Assembly (NCBI RefSeq): GCF_021869535.1 | Contig: NW_026262723.1 | Span: 71,796,001-71,860,000, forward strand | Direction of reading: 5' to 3' | Origin: Mytilus californianus | Taxonomy: Eukaryota | Length of the DNA: 64,000 nucleotides | Shown here: in pieces, positions 51,062-63,600 of the stretch | Numbering within the stretch: the first letter of the stretch is position 1 | Layout: each line of letters starts with the position of its first letter | Translations under genes and position numbers: made by a program | Notes under the pieces: generated by a model | Seen by the model: only the letters and a program-made list of their open reading frames with translations | Databases searched by the model: none | Told to the model about the DNA's origin: nothing

Positions 51062-51105
51062 GCTCGTCCGAAGCGCTCTTCTGGATTTACCTTCATCAGT
51101 AACGC
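51062..51105 (-). ncRNA. Minimal type I hammerhead ribozyme, degenerate copy
   Basis: gcgtta-CUGAUGA-agguaaaucca-GAAG-AGCGCU-UC-ggacga; position 15.1 A to G; weak stem I. Confidence 0.55.
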
Positions 51106-51309
51106 TCAAACCCAAAAATTTGAAAGCCAAAGATATATAAGACCTAAGCTGTGAACGTGATGAGGTATATATATATGACCATAACAGGGACCTAAAAAGA
51201 AAATCATAAATGATTTAAGGTCAGCTTTGCCTGAGGGATTCGGAACCTTATCTGTGAAATAACAAACAGCCAGCAGTGTTAGTAAATGAAACAATTTATA
51301 TAAATCCGT

Positions 51310-51351
51310 GCGTCCGAAACGATTTTCTGGAATTACCTTCATCAGGAACGC
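51310..51351 (-). ncRNA. Minimal type I hammerhead ribozyme, core motifs retained
   Basis: GCGUUC-CUGAUGA-agguaauucca-GAAA-AUCGUU-UC-GGACGC; 6-bp stem I, 2-bp stem II with an extra A on each side, near-palindromic stem III loop. Confidence 0.7.
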
Positions 51352-52049
51352 TCAAAAACCAATTAAAAAATAAGTAAGCAAGTTGTTTTTTTACAAATGG
51401 CAATTATTATGCCGAGTTACCGTATTATTATACTCGCATCGATCTGTCAAGTATTAGAGATTTAAAAAATACTCCGAAAGTACTTCAAAGGACGGTGCCA
51501 AAATAAAACAAATGCCGTTCGACGTTTGATCTTTGCAAGTCTTCTATAATATTTAACAAAAAAAGTAATTCATGGTATATATGACTCTAACTTAACATAG
51601 ATTAACTTTTGTTTTGTAATTAAATGTCAAATTCAGCCGATGTCTTCCTTTTGCAAATATTTTCTATCATTTCATATATTTCTTCTGTTTTATCAATGTT
51701 TATGTAATATAAGAACTTTGGTATTTCTTACATTTTGATTTCTTTGACAAACACATTGTTTGTAACATTTTGCTTCTCATCTTGATTGTCATAATATTAT
51801 AGCAATTGACAATGAGGATCGGTTGAGAACTAAAAAAAATGAGTTAAAGTTTTCCTTTTTCAATTTTTCAACAACATCGCAGTTATTAATATTACAGAGG
51901 TAAATTGCTTCTCCGTTATGATACAAAGTGTTGCTCCGCCTTTAGTTGTCTGTGTTTTGTTGACAGTTATATGACTTTTCGACGGTTTTTTTTCAAACAT
52001 GAGGGTCAAGATAGTGGTCTTCATTTCTGTATTTAAAAATAAAACATTT

Positions 52050-53472
52050 TTCTCTATACTTTATCTTTTTTACTTATTATCATCTCTATTCTTTATAATT
52101 CTAGCACCCCAGTTTTCTCTATTCTTTATATTCTAGCACCCCATTATTCTCTATTCTTTATACTTGTGTACCCCATTATTCTCTATTCTTTATATTCTAG
52201 CACCCCATTATTCTCTATTCTTTATATTCTAGCACCCCATTATTCTCTATTCTTTATATTCTAGCACCCCATTATTCTCTATTCTTTATATTCTAGCACC
52301 CCATTATTCTCTATTCTTTATATTCTAGCACCCCATTATTCTCTATTCTTTATATTCTAGCACCCCATTATTCTCTATTCTTTATATTCTAGCACCCCAT
52401 TATTCTCTATTCTTTATACTTGTGTACCCCATTATTCTCTATTCTTTATATTCTAGCACCCCATTATGCTCTATTCTTTATATTCTAGCACCCCATTATT
52501 CTCTATTCTTTATATTCTAGCACCCCATTATTCTCTATTCTTTATATTCTAGCACCCCATTATTCTCTATTCTTTATATTCTAGCACCCCATTATTCTCT
52601 ATTCTTTATATTCTAGCACCCCATTATTCTCTATTCTTTATATTCTAGCACCCCATTATTCTCTATTCTTTATATTCTAGCACCCCATTATTCTCTATTC
52701 TTTATACTTGTGTACCCCATTATTCTCTATTCTTTATATTCTAGCACCCCATTATTCTCTATTCTTTATATTCTAGCACCCCATTATTCTCTATTCTTTA
52801 TACTTGTGTACCCCATTATTCTCTATTCTTTATAATTCTAGCACCCCATTATTCTCTATTCTTTATATTCTAGCACCCCATTATTCTCTATTCTTTATAT
52901 TCTAGCACCCCATTATTCTCTATTCTTTATATTCTAGCACCCCATTATTCTCTATTCTTTATACTTGTGTACCCCATTATTCTCTATTCTTTATAATTCT
53001 AGCACCCCATTATTCTCTATTCTTTATATTCTAGCACCCCATTATTCTCTATTCTTTATATTCTAGCACCCCAGTTTTCTCTATTCTTTATATTCTAGCA
53101 CCCCATTATTCTCTATTCTTTATATTCTAGCACCCCATTATTCTCTATTCTTTATATTCTAGCACCCCATTATTCTCTATTCTTTATACTTGTGTACCCC
53201 ATTATTCTCTATTCTTTATAATTCTAGCACCCCATTATTCTCTATTCTTTATATTCTAGCACCCCATTATTCTCTATTCTTTATATTCTAGCACCCCATT
53301 ATTCTCTATTCTTTATATTCTAGCACCCCATTATTCTCTATTCTTTATATTCTAGCACCCCATTATTCTCTATTCTTTATATTCTAGCACCCCATTATTC
53401 TCTATTCTTTATATTCTAGCACCCCATTATTCTCTATTCTTTATATTCTAGCACCCCATTATTCTCTATTCT
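52050..53472. repeat. 32-bp minisatellite, about 44 copies
   Basis: Unit ctctattctttatattctagcaccccattatt with interspersed tacttgtgta variants. Confidence 0.97.
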
Positions 53473-54260
53473 GTATAAGTTTGGTCCAGTTTTCCCTGTT
53501 CTGTATTTCTTTCGTCCCGTCCGTTTAATAGTCTGTGTGTTTTTTAACATTATTATCTATTCTGTAAACCCCATCCAGAACCTCAGACATGGTGTTGTCA
53601 TTCTTCGACATATATGGTCACAAGTTAGCATAGATTCTTCATCGGGTATCTATTTTATTTATATAATTACTTCAATTTCAGAAGAAAAAACAATTAAAAC
53701 TATAAATATAAATTTAAGCAGGCACTTATAATACACATTGTATTATATGTCTCTGTTTTAACATTATTATATAAAAACTGCCTGCAGGATATAATATAAA
53801 TGCATTGTACCGATTACAGTGCGCACAGCATTACATTTGATCACAAAACACATAAAGAAAACAGACTTGGCAATCTGAAATCAAGACATGTAACAGCTAT
53901 CAAAACACGATGCATGCTAAACATCAATAGACAGCACAGGATGAAAAAGAAGTTCGAAATTAATGACAATTTTGTCATATGTACACCTAAATTTATATGG
54001 TTTCTGGTGTATACTCGTCTAAACTTTACAAGAAATAAAATGCTTCGCTGGGGCGCAGCTTGATACGACCGCAGAGGTCGAACCCTGAACAGTTGGGGCA
54101 AGTATGGACACAACATTCAAGCTTGATACAGCTCTGAATTTGGATTGTTATTAAATATTTGACACAGCATAGGTTTCTGACACAGAAAGAATGTGGTCTA
54201 AGAACTTGAATTTTTTTAATTTACCTATTATGGTCCAATGTCCAAAATCAAAATACATGG

Positions 54261-55855
54261 TTAGATTCAGCATATCAAAGAACCCCATATATTCAATTTT
54301 TGTTAAAATCAAACAAAGTTTAATTTTGGACCCCAACTTGGACAAACTTGAAAACTGGGCCCATAATCAAAAATCTAAACACATGTTTAGATTCAGCATA
54401 TCAAAGAACCCCAAGAATTCAATTTTTGCTAAAATCAAACTAAGTTTAATTTTGGACCCTTTGGACCTTAATGTAGACCAATTTAAAAAACGGGACTTAA
54501 AATTAAAAATCTAAATACACGGTTAGATTTGGAATATCAAAGAACCCCAATAATTCAATTTTTGATGAAATCAAACAAAGTTTAATTTTGGACCCTTTTG
54601 ACCTCAATATGAACCAATTTGATAGCGGGGCCCACAAATAAAAAATCTAAATTCATGGTTAGATTCAGCATATCAAAGAACCCCATATATTCAATTTTTG
54701 TTGAAATCAAAAAAAGTTTAATTTTGGACCCCAACTTGGACCAACTTGAAAACAGGGCCCATAATCAAAAATCTAAACACATGTTTAGATTCAGCATATC
54801 AAAGAACCCCAAGAATTCAATTTTTGTTAAAATCAAACTAAGTTTAATTTTGGACCCTTTGGACCTCAATGAAGACCAATTTAAAAAACGGGACTTAAAA
54901 TTAAAAATCTAAAAACACGGTTAGATTTGGCATATCAAAGAACCCCAATAATTCAATTTTCGATGAAATCAAACAAAGTTTAATTTTGGACCCTTTTGAC
55001 CTCAATATGAACCAATTTGATAGCGGGGCCTACAAATAAAAAATCTAAATACATGAGTTAGATTCAGCATATCAAAGAACCTCATATATTCAATTTTTGT
55101 TGAAATCAAACAAAGTTTAATTTTGGACCCCAATTTGGACCAACTTGAAAACTGGGCCCATAATCAAAAATCTAAATACATGTTTAGATTCAGCATATCA
55201 AAGAACCCCATATATTCATTTTTTGTTGAAATCAAACAAAGTTTAAATACTGGACCCTATCTTGGACCAACTTGAAAACTGGGCCCATAATCAAAAATCT
55301 AAACACATGTTTAGATTCAGCAAATCAAAGAACCCCAAGAATTCAATTTTTGTTAAAATCAAACTAAGTTTATTTTGGACCCTTTGGACCTCAATGTAGA
55401 CCAATTTAAAAAACAGGATCCAAAAATTAAAAACCTAAATACACGGTTAGATTTGGAATATCAAAGAACCCCAATAATTCAATTTTAGATGAAATCAAAC
55501 AAAGTTTAATTTTGGACCCTTTTGACCTCAATATGAACCAATTAGATAACGGGGATCCACAAATAAAAAATCTAAATACATGGTTAGATTCAGCATATCA
55601 AAGAACCCCATATATTCAATTTTTGTTGAAATCAAACAAAGTTTAATTTTGGACCCCAATTTGGACCAACTTGAAAACTGGGCCAAAAATCAAAAATCTA
55701 AATACATGTTTAGATTCAGCATATCAAAGAACCTCATATATTCAATTTTTGCTAAAATCAAACAAAGTTTAATTTTGGACCCTTTGGACATTAATGCAAT
55801 TTGAAAACTGGACCCAAAATTAAAAATCTAAATACACTGTTAGATTCGGCATAAC
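54261..55855. repeat. Satellite array of 12 monomers of 126-137 bp with higher-order ABC structure (398 bp)
   Basis: ttagatt...atcaaagaacc anchors at 54261, 54387, 54523, 54659, 54785, 54921, 55058, 55184, 55311, 55447, 55584, 55710; final partial ttagatt at 55840. Confidence 0.93.
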
Positions 55856-56838
55856 AAATAAATAAATGTGATCAAAGATTTTACAAATCTAATGCGCCAT
55901 ACTGTGCAATTAAAGATTACTTCTTGAAATTTTTCAATATTTGAAATTTGAAAAAAAAAAAATATTTGAAGAATAATTCTTTTTAATTTCTGAAATCTGA
56001 AATGAGAAAAAATTGGCCCCCCACAATTTCTTTTTATCCCCCCCCCCCCTTTTTCCCCCCAAAAAATTCTTTCCCTCAAGATATGGTCATAATCTCAATT
56101 CAAATTTCCAATGGAGTTGGCAACCATAATTACCCATTTAAATTTACCATAGTGCTAACTTAATCTATTTTATAATAGAATTAATAATAATATAGTGTCA
56201 AATCTTTCATATGGATTTTTTTGTAAAAAAAAAAGATGAAAACATTTGCAGATATTTTTACTGGTCTTCCTTTATAAATATGCATTTCTTTAAACATAAT
56301 TTAAAAGCAGTGTAAGGGAAGTAACCAAAACGTTGTATTTGGATTACCTCCCTTACACTGTTTTAGATTATCTTTATTGTTCATTAACCATTACTTTATA
56401 CATAATTTAAAAGCAGTGTAAGGGAGATAATTTCAATGATGTATTTGATTTATCTCCCTTACACTGCTTTAAATTATGTTTTGTACTAAAGTATTTGTCC
56501 ATTAACCAGGACAACCTTGTTTTTCCCCCTTTTTTGCTCCTAATTCCTAAACGGTTTGAGCCATAACCCCCCAAAGCAAATCCTAACCATCCCTTTGTGG
56601 TATGGAAACTTGTAGTATAATTTCAGAGAGATCCATACACCGTTCCACAGTTATTGTCTGGAAACTAGAAAATGCTCATTTTTGGCCCCTTTTTGGCCCC
56701 TAATTCCTTAACTGTTGGTACCATAACCCCCAAAATCAATCCCAACCTTCCTTTTGTGGTATTTAACCTTATGGTCAAATTTCAAAAAGATCCATTCACT
56801 TAAACTAAAGTTAGAGTGCGAAAACCAATATGTATTCG

Positions 56839-56909
56839 GACGACGACGCCGGACGACGACGACGACGACGACGACGCCGGACGACGACGACGACGACGAC
56901 GACGACGCC
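56839..56909. repeat. Interrupted (GAC)n microsatellite
   Basis: gacgacgacgccggacgac... read directly. Confidence 0.95.
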
Positions 56910-57383
56910 AACGTCATACCAATATACGACCACAAAATTTTTTTGCGGTCGTATAAAAAGAGCATCCCAACTACAAATACAATGATGAATGCATACAGTT
57001 TGAGCAGGGACTAACAGTATAATAGTCCAGGTTTCATCAGGTTTGAACCATCCAAAGGGAAATCATTTCTATTAATAGGCATGCAATTAGTGGAACTTGA
57101 AGATATGGAGGAAACAACAACCTTTTGTTTTACACTTTTTAACTTCCACTATGTTTTGTAAACCTTCCCATTTTGAGTCTCTTTACATTTTTTTCTGCTA
57201 GTTTTTAACACTCACATAAATGTTATTTAAATGAAATTGATATTTCTCTTAATGCATTTACAAAACCGAGACAGTGCTGACCCGAGACCGAAAACCTTTA
57301 ATCACTTTTTTAAATCAGTTAAACGCTTGTAGAGAACAAGAAAACGATCGATAAAATAAAATTATGTTTAACACTGACTCACA

Positions 57384-57427
57384 CGCATGCGCAGTGATTG
57401 CATTCCAACCAAGGCTTCATTGACAAC
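57384..57427 (+). promoter_or_regulatory. TTC26 proximal promoter: NRF1-like site and weak X-box-like site
   Basis: cgcatgcgca 57384-57393; ggcttcattgacaac 57413-57427, 45-90 bp upstream of the presumed ATG-only exon end. Confidence 0.4.
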
Positions 57428-57472
57428 AAAAATCGTTTACACTGTTGGAAAAGAATTTAAAATTATTTCAAT

Positions 57473-57475
57473 ATG
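57473..57475 (+). CDS. TTC26: Probable first coding exon of TTC26/IFT56 (start codon only)
   Basis: aatATG|gtaata donor; would give the MMLSRAKPA N-terminus I recall for vertebrate TTC26; the next ATG directly follows an acceptor. Confidence 0.5.
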
Positions 57476-57783
57476 GTAATATATCTTCAGTATTTGATAG
57501 AATCAAATAACTAAGAACCCAGTTCTTTTTGATACCAGCTCAAATATGGTTTAACGTAAAACCTTAGCCTGGCACCACAAGCACTTGTTTCCATGTTAAA
57601 AATCAGATTGAGATGAACTTTTTTTACCTTCACATCATACATAAACAATGTTTAACAAATCAACACACATTGTAATGCTTATGCTTTTGGAAAGAGAAAA
57701 AAAAATTAGTATTCTTTTCCTCTTGTCACTTTTTATCAATTAATTTAACTACTTACAGGAAAGTAATCAGTCAACATACCCCC

Positions 57784-58452
57784 TTTTTGTCGAGCCGTCG
57801 CAAAGCGAGACATAGGGAACCTACATTCCGTCGTTGTTGGCGGCGGTGTCCACAAATATTCACTCTGTGGTTAAAGTTTTTGAAATTTTAATAACTTTCT
57901 TAAACTATCCTAGATTTGTACCAAACTTGGACAGAAGCTTGTTTATAATCATAAGATAGTATCCAGAAGAAAATTTTGTAAAAAAAAAAATCCTGTTTAT
58001 CCATATTTTACTCATAAATGGACTTAGTTTTTCTGCCAGTTAACATAACATTCACTCTGTGGTTAAAGTTTTTCAAATTTTAATAACTTTCTTAAACTAT
58101 CCTGGATTTGTACCACACTTGGACAGAAGCTTGTTTATGATCAAAAGCTAGTATCTAGAAGGAAATTTTGTAAAAATTTATTTCCTGTTTTTCTGTATAT
58201 TACTTATAAATGGACTTAGTTTTATTCCAGTTAACATTACGTACAGTCTGCAGTTAACATGGTTAAAGTTTTTAAAACATTTATTAGATTCATAAACCTT
58301 CTTGGATTTTTACCAAACTTGAACAGAACTTCTTACAATCAAAAGATAGTATCTAGAGGAAAATTTTTAATAATTTTTTCCCCATTTTGTTGTGTCTGCG
58401 ACTTACAGCAAAAGTAGGCGAGACACTGGGTTTCGTGGAACCCTTACGAATT
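57784..58452 (+). mobile_element. Helentron-like (HINE) element with ~192-200-bp tandem units in TTC26 intron 1
   Basis: gcgagaca at both ends; 3' hairpin gggtttcgtggaaccc; ggttaaagtttt units at ~57869, 58061, 58261. Confidence 0.65.
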
Positions 58453-58968
58453 TTTTGGTATTTGTATCATTCGACCACATAACATGCTCACCCATAGAGG
58501 TTATTTGCCCTGATTTTTTATGTACATGTAGATACATGTAATCAGGTAAAAGAATCTTAAATTAATGAAAAAATATATTTTTTGTTTAATTTTGAGCTGG
58601 TTTTCATCTGACAATTATAGATTGGTATTTGTTAGAATATATTTTTCATGTATAATATGAGGAAGGTGTTATTTAAATTTGCTGTTACGAAAGTTGGTAA
58701 ATTTTTTTTTTTTAGATTAAAGAATATATCTCCCATATGCAAAGTTCTGATTCCTTGCAGGCTTTGGCTGTACTTTTTGTTCTTTTTGGTTTATAAGCCA
58801 TTCATTTTCTTCCTTTTATGAGACTTTGTCCTTCATTAGGTTTTAATATTTAATATGTTTGATCTCCATGATTGTTTGAATAACTTTAATTTGGTGGTTT
58901 ACATTGTAATTATGAAAGGTAAAAACTTTGGATAATGGTTCATCCCCTAGTTTGTATTTTTATTTTAG

Positions 58969-59109
58969 ATGCTCTCACGTGCAAAGCCGGCCATTGGGCC
59001 TGGCTCTACAACTCCTGCAAAAGAAGCAGATAAAAAGAAGAAAAAAATACCAAAAGTTGAAGACTTCTTAAACCTAAGGGATTATACTGGAGCAATAACA
59101 CTGTTAGAG
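58969..59109 (+). CDS. TTC26: Intraflagellar transport protein 56 (TTC26/DYF-13), exon
   Basis: MLSRAKPAIG...KKKKIPKVEDFLNLRDYTGAITLLE; ttttag| acceptor, GAG|gtaagt donor; 141 nt. Confidence 0.93.
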
Positions 59110-59784
59110 GTAAGTCATTTTATGAAGTTTACCAACAAATTGAACAAATTGACTACATCTTATGATGGGTACTCTTTAACTGTATACATGTACTATCCAT
59201 CACTGGGAATTCAACAGCCAACTATCACTTAATTCTTTATCATACATTTTTTGTTTATATTATAACTATTGTTTGAAAATAAATGACTGAAAGGAGCTGT
59301 GGGGTATAAGTCAATGTACAACATACCAATGACACAAACATTCAAACAAAATTTAGATTGTTAGGTACATGTATGTACATGAAATTGTAAGCTTTCTAAA
59401 ATTTACATCATTCTTACATGAATTTCAAGCATGATTCTGGACTACAAAACACCATCAATAAAATTGCTAGAGTTGACTTCATGGCCTGTTTTTTTTTTAA
59501 TTATGCAGCCAAAGTCTACAGACAAGAACTTGAATGTAAGGTCAAGTTTCAAATCACCCAGAAGGTGTTCACTTAAGGTGTTCACTTAAGTTGCCTACCA
59601 TGGGTTACAAGATTTGCATTACAAAATGAGGGTGCTTTTAATTGAATAAAATCAACAGATTTTTTTCTAAAAATACTTTTGTTTATAAGAAAAATTTCAT
59701 ACTGAACATATTGTGTGTTTTGAAAGAAATAATCATGTCCACTTAGAAGTACCAATGTATTAAGGATATGATTAATATTTTTAG

Positions 59785-59877
59785 TTTAACAGAAATAGTG
59801 GTAGAGGTAATGATGAATCTGACATGTGGATAGCCTACTGTGCATTTCATTTGGGAGATTATAAGAGGTCTATGGAG
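59785..59877 (+). CDS. TTC26: TTC26/IFT56 exon
   Basis: FNRNSGRGNDESDMWIAYCAFHLGDYKRSME; ttttag| acceptor, |gtatgt donor; 93 nt. Confidence 0.93.
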
Positions 59878-60559
59878 GTATGTAAAATTACAACTGCTGA
59901 AACAAACAGATGCCAAATATTCCATTTAGTGGCAATTGTCATGTATCTTAATTATCATTTTACCTGTTTGTTCACAGAGAATTTTTGATAACACGAAAAC
60001 TGTATTTAATGTATGGAAATATTCATTTAAAACCTATGAAACATCTTGTTATGTTGATAGTTTTTTTTGCAAATACTAGTACTTTTTAACATAGTCAACA
60101 CTATGAAGATGAGTAAACTCAGTAATCTTCTATTTTTATGATACATGCTTTAGTTTCTTCTGTTCATGGTTTACATGTGATTATCTAACAATGAATTAGA
60201 TTACTTGAACAAATCCATATTGATCTTGCTTTAAGGTGTGAATACAATTTGAACATCAGCTGATCACTGATCAACTTCCAGTAACTTTTAAAAAAAGATC
60301 AGCAAAAACTTTGTTCCTTTATTAATTGATCATTATTTCCTTCCCATGTGTTTCATTAGATAATGTTTGTTATCTCTTAATGTCTTAACAAGATATTGTT
60401 TCATTGATTTCATTCCATTATATTATGATTTTTGTGTTTACTTTAAATTATAATAATCAGCAACAAAAAATTCAGCATTTATATATCATTGTATATAGAA
60501 GCTGTTCTAAAAATCACAATATTTATATAACATTTCCCTTGACTTGTTCTTGATTACAG

Positions 60560-60674
60560 GAATATAGCAGATTGACAAAGAAGGATGGCTGTCATCCAGA
60601 TCTGTGGACAAATTTGGCATGCTGCTATTTTTTCTTAGGAATGTATCCAGAGGCTGATTCAGCGGTGCAAAAAG
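60560..60674 (+). CDS. TTC26: TTC26/IFT56 exon; the gene continues beyond the window
   Basis: EYSRLTKKDGCHPDLWTNLACCYFFLGMYPEADSAVQK; ttacag| acceptor, G|gtgagc donor; 115 nt. Confidence 0.93.
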
Positions 60675-63600
60675 GTGAGCAATTCTGATGAAAAAAGTTA
60701 TTAGTAGGAAAGTTGTTTAAAAAGTTTGCACATGGGTTGTTTGATTAAATGTGCAAATTGGTGTTGGATTTACAAATATACAGCAATATGTCTAACCTGA
60801 ACCTAGAGAAAAAGATAAAATTTGATCGCTTTGTATCACACAGTTCAGACTCCACACTTTATATTCATTTAACATAGTTTCAGATTTTGAACCTACATGT
60901 ATATCATTTTTTTAGTATTGAGGGGATATTGAATATGCAGCAAAAAAGGAAGGATGACCTTTATTAAATAAAGTTTAATGATATAACTGGTAAACAAGAA
61001 ACTTCTTCTGTGTTAGAAAGAATAAAAAGAAAGAAGAAATAATCATGAGTCAATTTGTGAAAATGTCATATTGAATTCATATGAATTAACTTGATCTTTT
61101 GAATTCATTGATTTATGTAAGATGTTGATAGACAATGTCAAAGTGAATTTCTTTCCCCTCTTAACAATATTAATTCAGACACTGCATGTTTGTATTACAC
61201 TAACATACCTGCAGCCTACTAGTAGCACTTTTAATTTTAACTGTTATTTTTTTTGTTTTAGGAATTCTGACTTTATTTTATCAATTCCCTATGATATAAC
61301 AAAACTGCACATAGACATTCCTCTAAGATATATTTGTTAAGTTAATAAGGTATTTCTTCAGGCTCTGTCCAGATTGACAATTGATTTGTGTGTAGATATA
61401 TAGACAATCTAACATTTCTAGGTCCTATGCATAAGTTTGGGATGTTGAAATATTTACAAGTATATATATGTACTGTTAGTTTATACAGTACACATAGAGT
61501 GGTTCAGGTAAATTATGTATAATATTATTCTAAACGAAATTTGTAAAGTAAATTAAAAAAATTATCTGTCACCTGCCATTTTCTAAATGGCCTTAAAAAT
61601 ACATAAAAAAATCAACGTGCATGGATTTTAACAAAATTTGATATCTATTACCTACATGTATGTAGAAGATGTCCTGAAATAATTCCTGTTGTCTAATTTA
61701 TTCATTGATTGTTATCTTCAAAATGGGTGTCTAAATACTCCAAAAAACTTTCATGGATTTTGGATTTTAAGGAAATTTTCAATCTAGGTAGAATAAGATA
61801 TCATGAATTGGTGTCAAAAATTATGCATTTGCTGCCACCTTCAAAATGTATTAAATAAATGTAAGTGTTTCAAGAATGTCCAAGTGGGTCCATTGCTGTC
61901 ATATCAGTTTTCTAGTTGTACTAATAAATGATTACCTTATTGACTTGCAATATCTATTAGTTTCACATTAACATATCACTGACTACACTACTTTATATTT
62001 ACTTTTTCCCATTTCGTAGTTTTATTTTCTGTTCATTTACATGCAAAACACTTTTTTTCCTTACTGTATTTTAGCGGTTGTACCCTTTGACATGTATTGT
62101 AAGTATGTGTTTACCTGTTCAAATTCCTTATTTGTTTATTTTTGTATGCATTTTTTGTCACACGTCAATGAAATATATATTTTTTTATATAGTTATTCTA
62201 AAAATTCATTTTCAGCTAAAAGTAAATTTTGTCAGTTTTCGTGTAATAAAAAACATTTGTTTGAAGTCCATATGAACGCTTGATTAAAGTATCATATGCA
62301 TGTTGAAAATATATATTTTCTTATAAGAAAAAGTAAGGTCTTGTATAAAAAACACCTTTCTGAATAAATGATGTAAATGGTTTTTGACATCAAATAATAT
62401 GTAAAGCATGACCCTTGAACTGTATATATTGTTCTGTTTCTTCAATATTACAAAGCATGTCAAATACTTTCATCTCTTTCTCAATTGATGAAAATGGTAC
62501 ATATACCTGAATAATAATTGTATTTACAAACTTGTATGTATTAAATAGTTCAAATGTAAATACTGCTATTTATGATTTTATGCAGGTTTGATTTTTATGC
62601 CTCATCTTCTATAGTAAGGGTGCAGTATGTTTTCCTTCTGTGTCTCTGTTTACCAGGAATTTGTGGTCACATCAACTTGGAACTTGTTATTATAATGTGA
62701 ACTTTTTGAAATATATGCCAAATAAGGGGTTGGACCCAGATTTTGTAGTTCACTAATTTGACACTAAACATCATGGAAACGTGATAAGCCATGAAATGTT
62801 ATCCTATGGATCCATATTCTTATGTTAATGATTTGAATAATATCTTACATAGTATGTGATCTAATAAGCCTCCCTTTTTTTATCAAAAATACCTATTTCA
62901 ACTCGACCTTATGTTTCAGTTTTATTTAAGACCTTACTTGTAAGAATCTCATTCACTGTCAAGACCTTACTTACAAGAACCCTGTTCACCACACTACACC
63001 CTACACGTCTAATACCTTTATTGTAGAGGATGTTTTTTGACAGTTTTCCCATTCATACAACTAATGTCAATACACAGAACTAACCTGTGACCTGCATGTA
63101 CAATTATTTCATTTCTTCTGTAAAAAATAACCCACTACGTTGCAAAATTCATAGTAGTTAGGATTACAACCAACCAGTCTGATATACTCTTCAGAATTGT
63201 AAAAGTCCTGAACTATTTAGGAACTTACCTGAAAGAACGACTATTTTACCTTTCAATTAATAATTTTGTGGAGCATCAAGATTATCATTTACATAAGAAA
63301 GATATTCGCACATTATTCCTAAATTGAAGATGAGGATATTTGCCATTGTGTATAAATATAGATTTGTCTTTCATGCATATTTCAATACTGTCTTTATAAC
63401 TTTTCCAATTATGGAAAATATTCTAGATCTTCAATAATGACATCAGCAAGAATTTATATAAAAAACAGCTTTGTTTTGCATATTTAAATTGAATGAGGAC
63501 ACTGAATGTATGGCTTTCCTGATTCTTAACAAAAACTTGTTAATTGTTCCATTTTTCAAAAAAAAAATTATATAGTTGAACCCCCCCCAAAAAAAACAAC

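Larger units (their letters stand above)
54030..56958 (-). mobile_element. ~2.9-kb non-autonomous Helentron-like (HINE) element carrying satellite arrays
   Basis: subTIR atacgaccgca at 54063-54073 and atacgaccaca at 56924-56934; terminal palindrome tatacgacc...ggtcgtata 56923-56955; (GAC)n 56839-56909; hairpin gctggggcgcagc 54047-54059. Confidence 0.7.

Noticed and set aside
52050-53472. Regular short repeats as a CRISPR-like array
   Set aside because: Units are contiguous with no unique spacers; eukaryotic context and no cas genes
54191-55804. ORFs of 74-107 aa (MVRFSISKNP...)
   Set aside because: Translations of satellite monomers, not genes
56708-57014. ORFs with poly-Ser/Val/Arg/Thr/Asp runs
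   Set aside because: Products of the (GAC)n microsatellite
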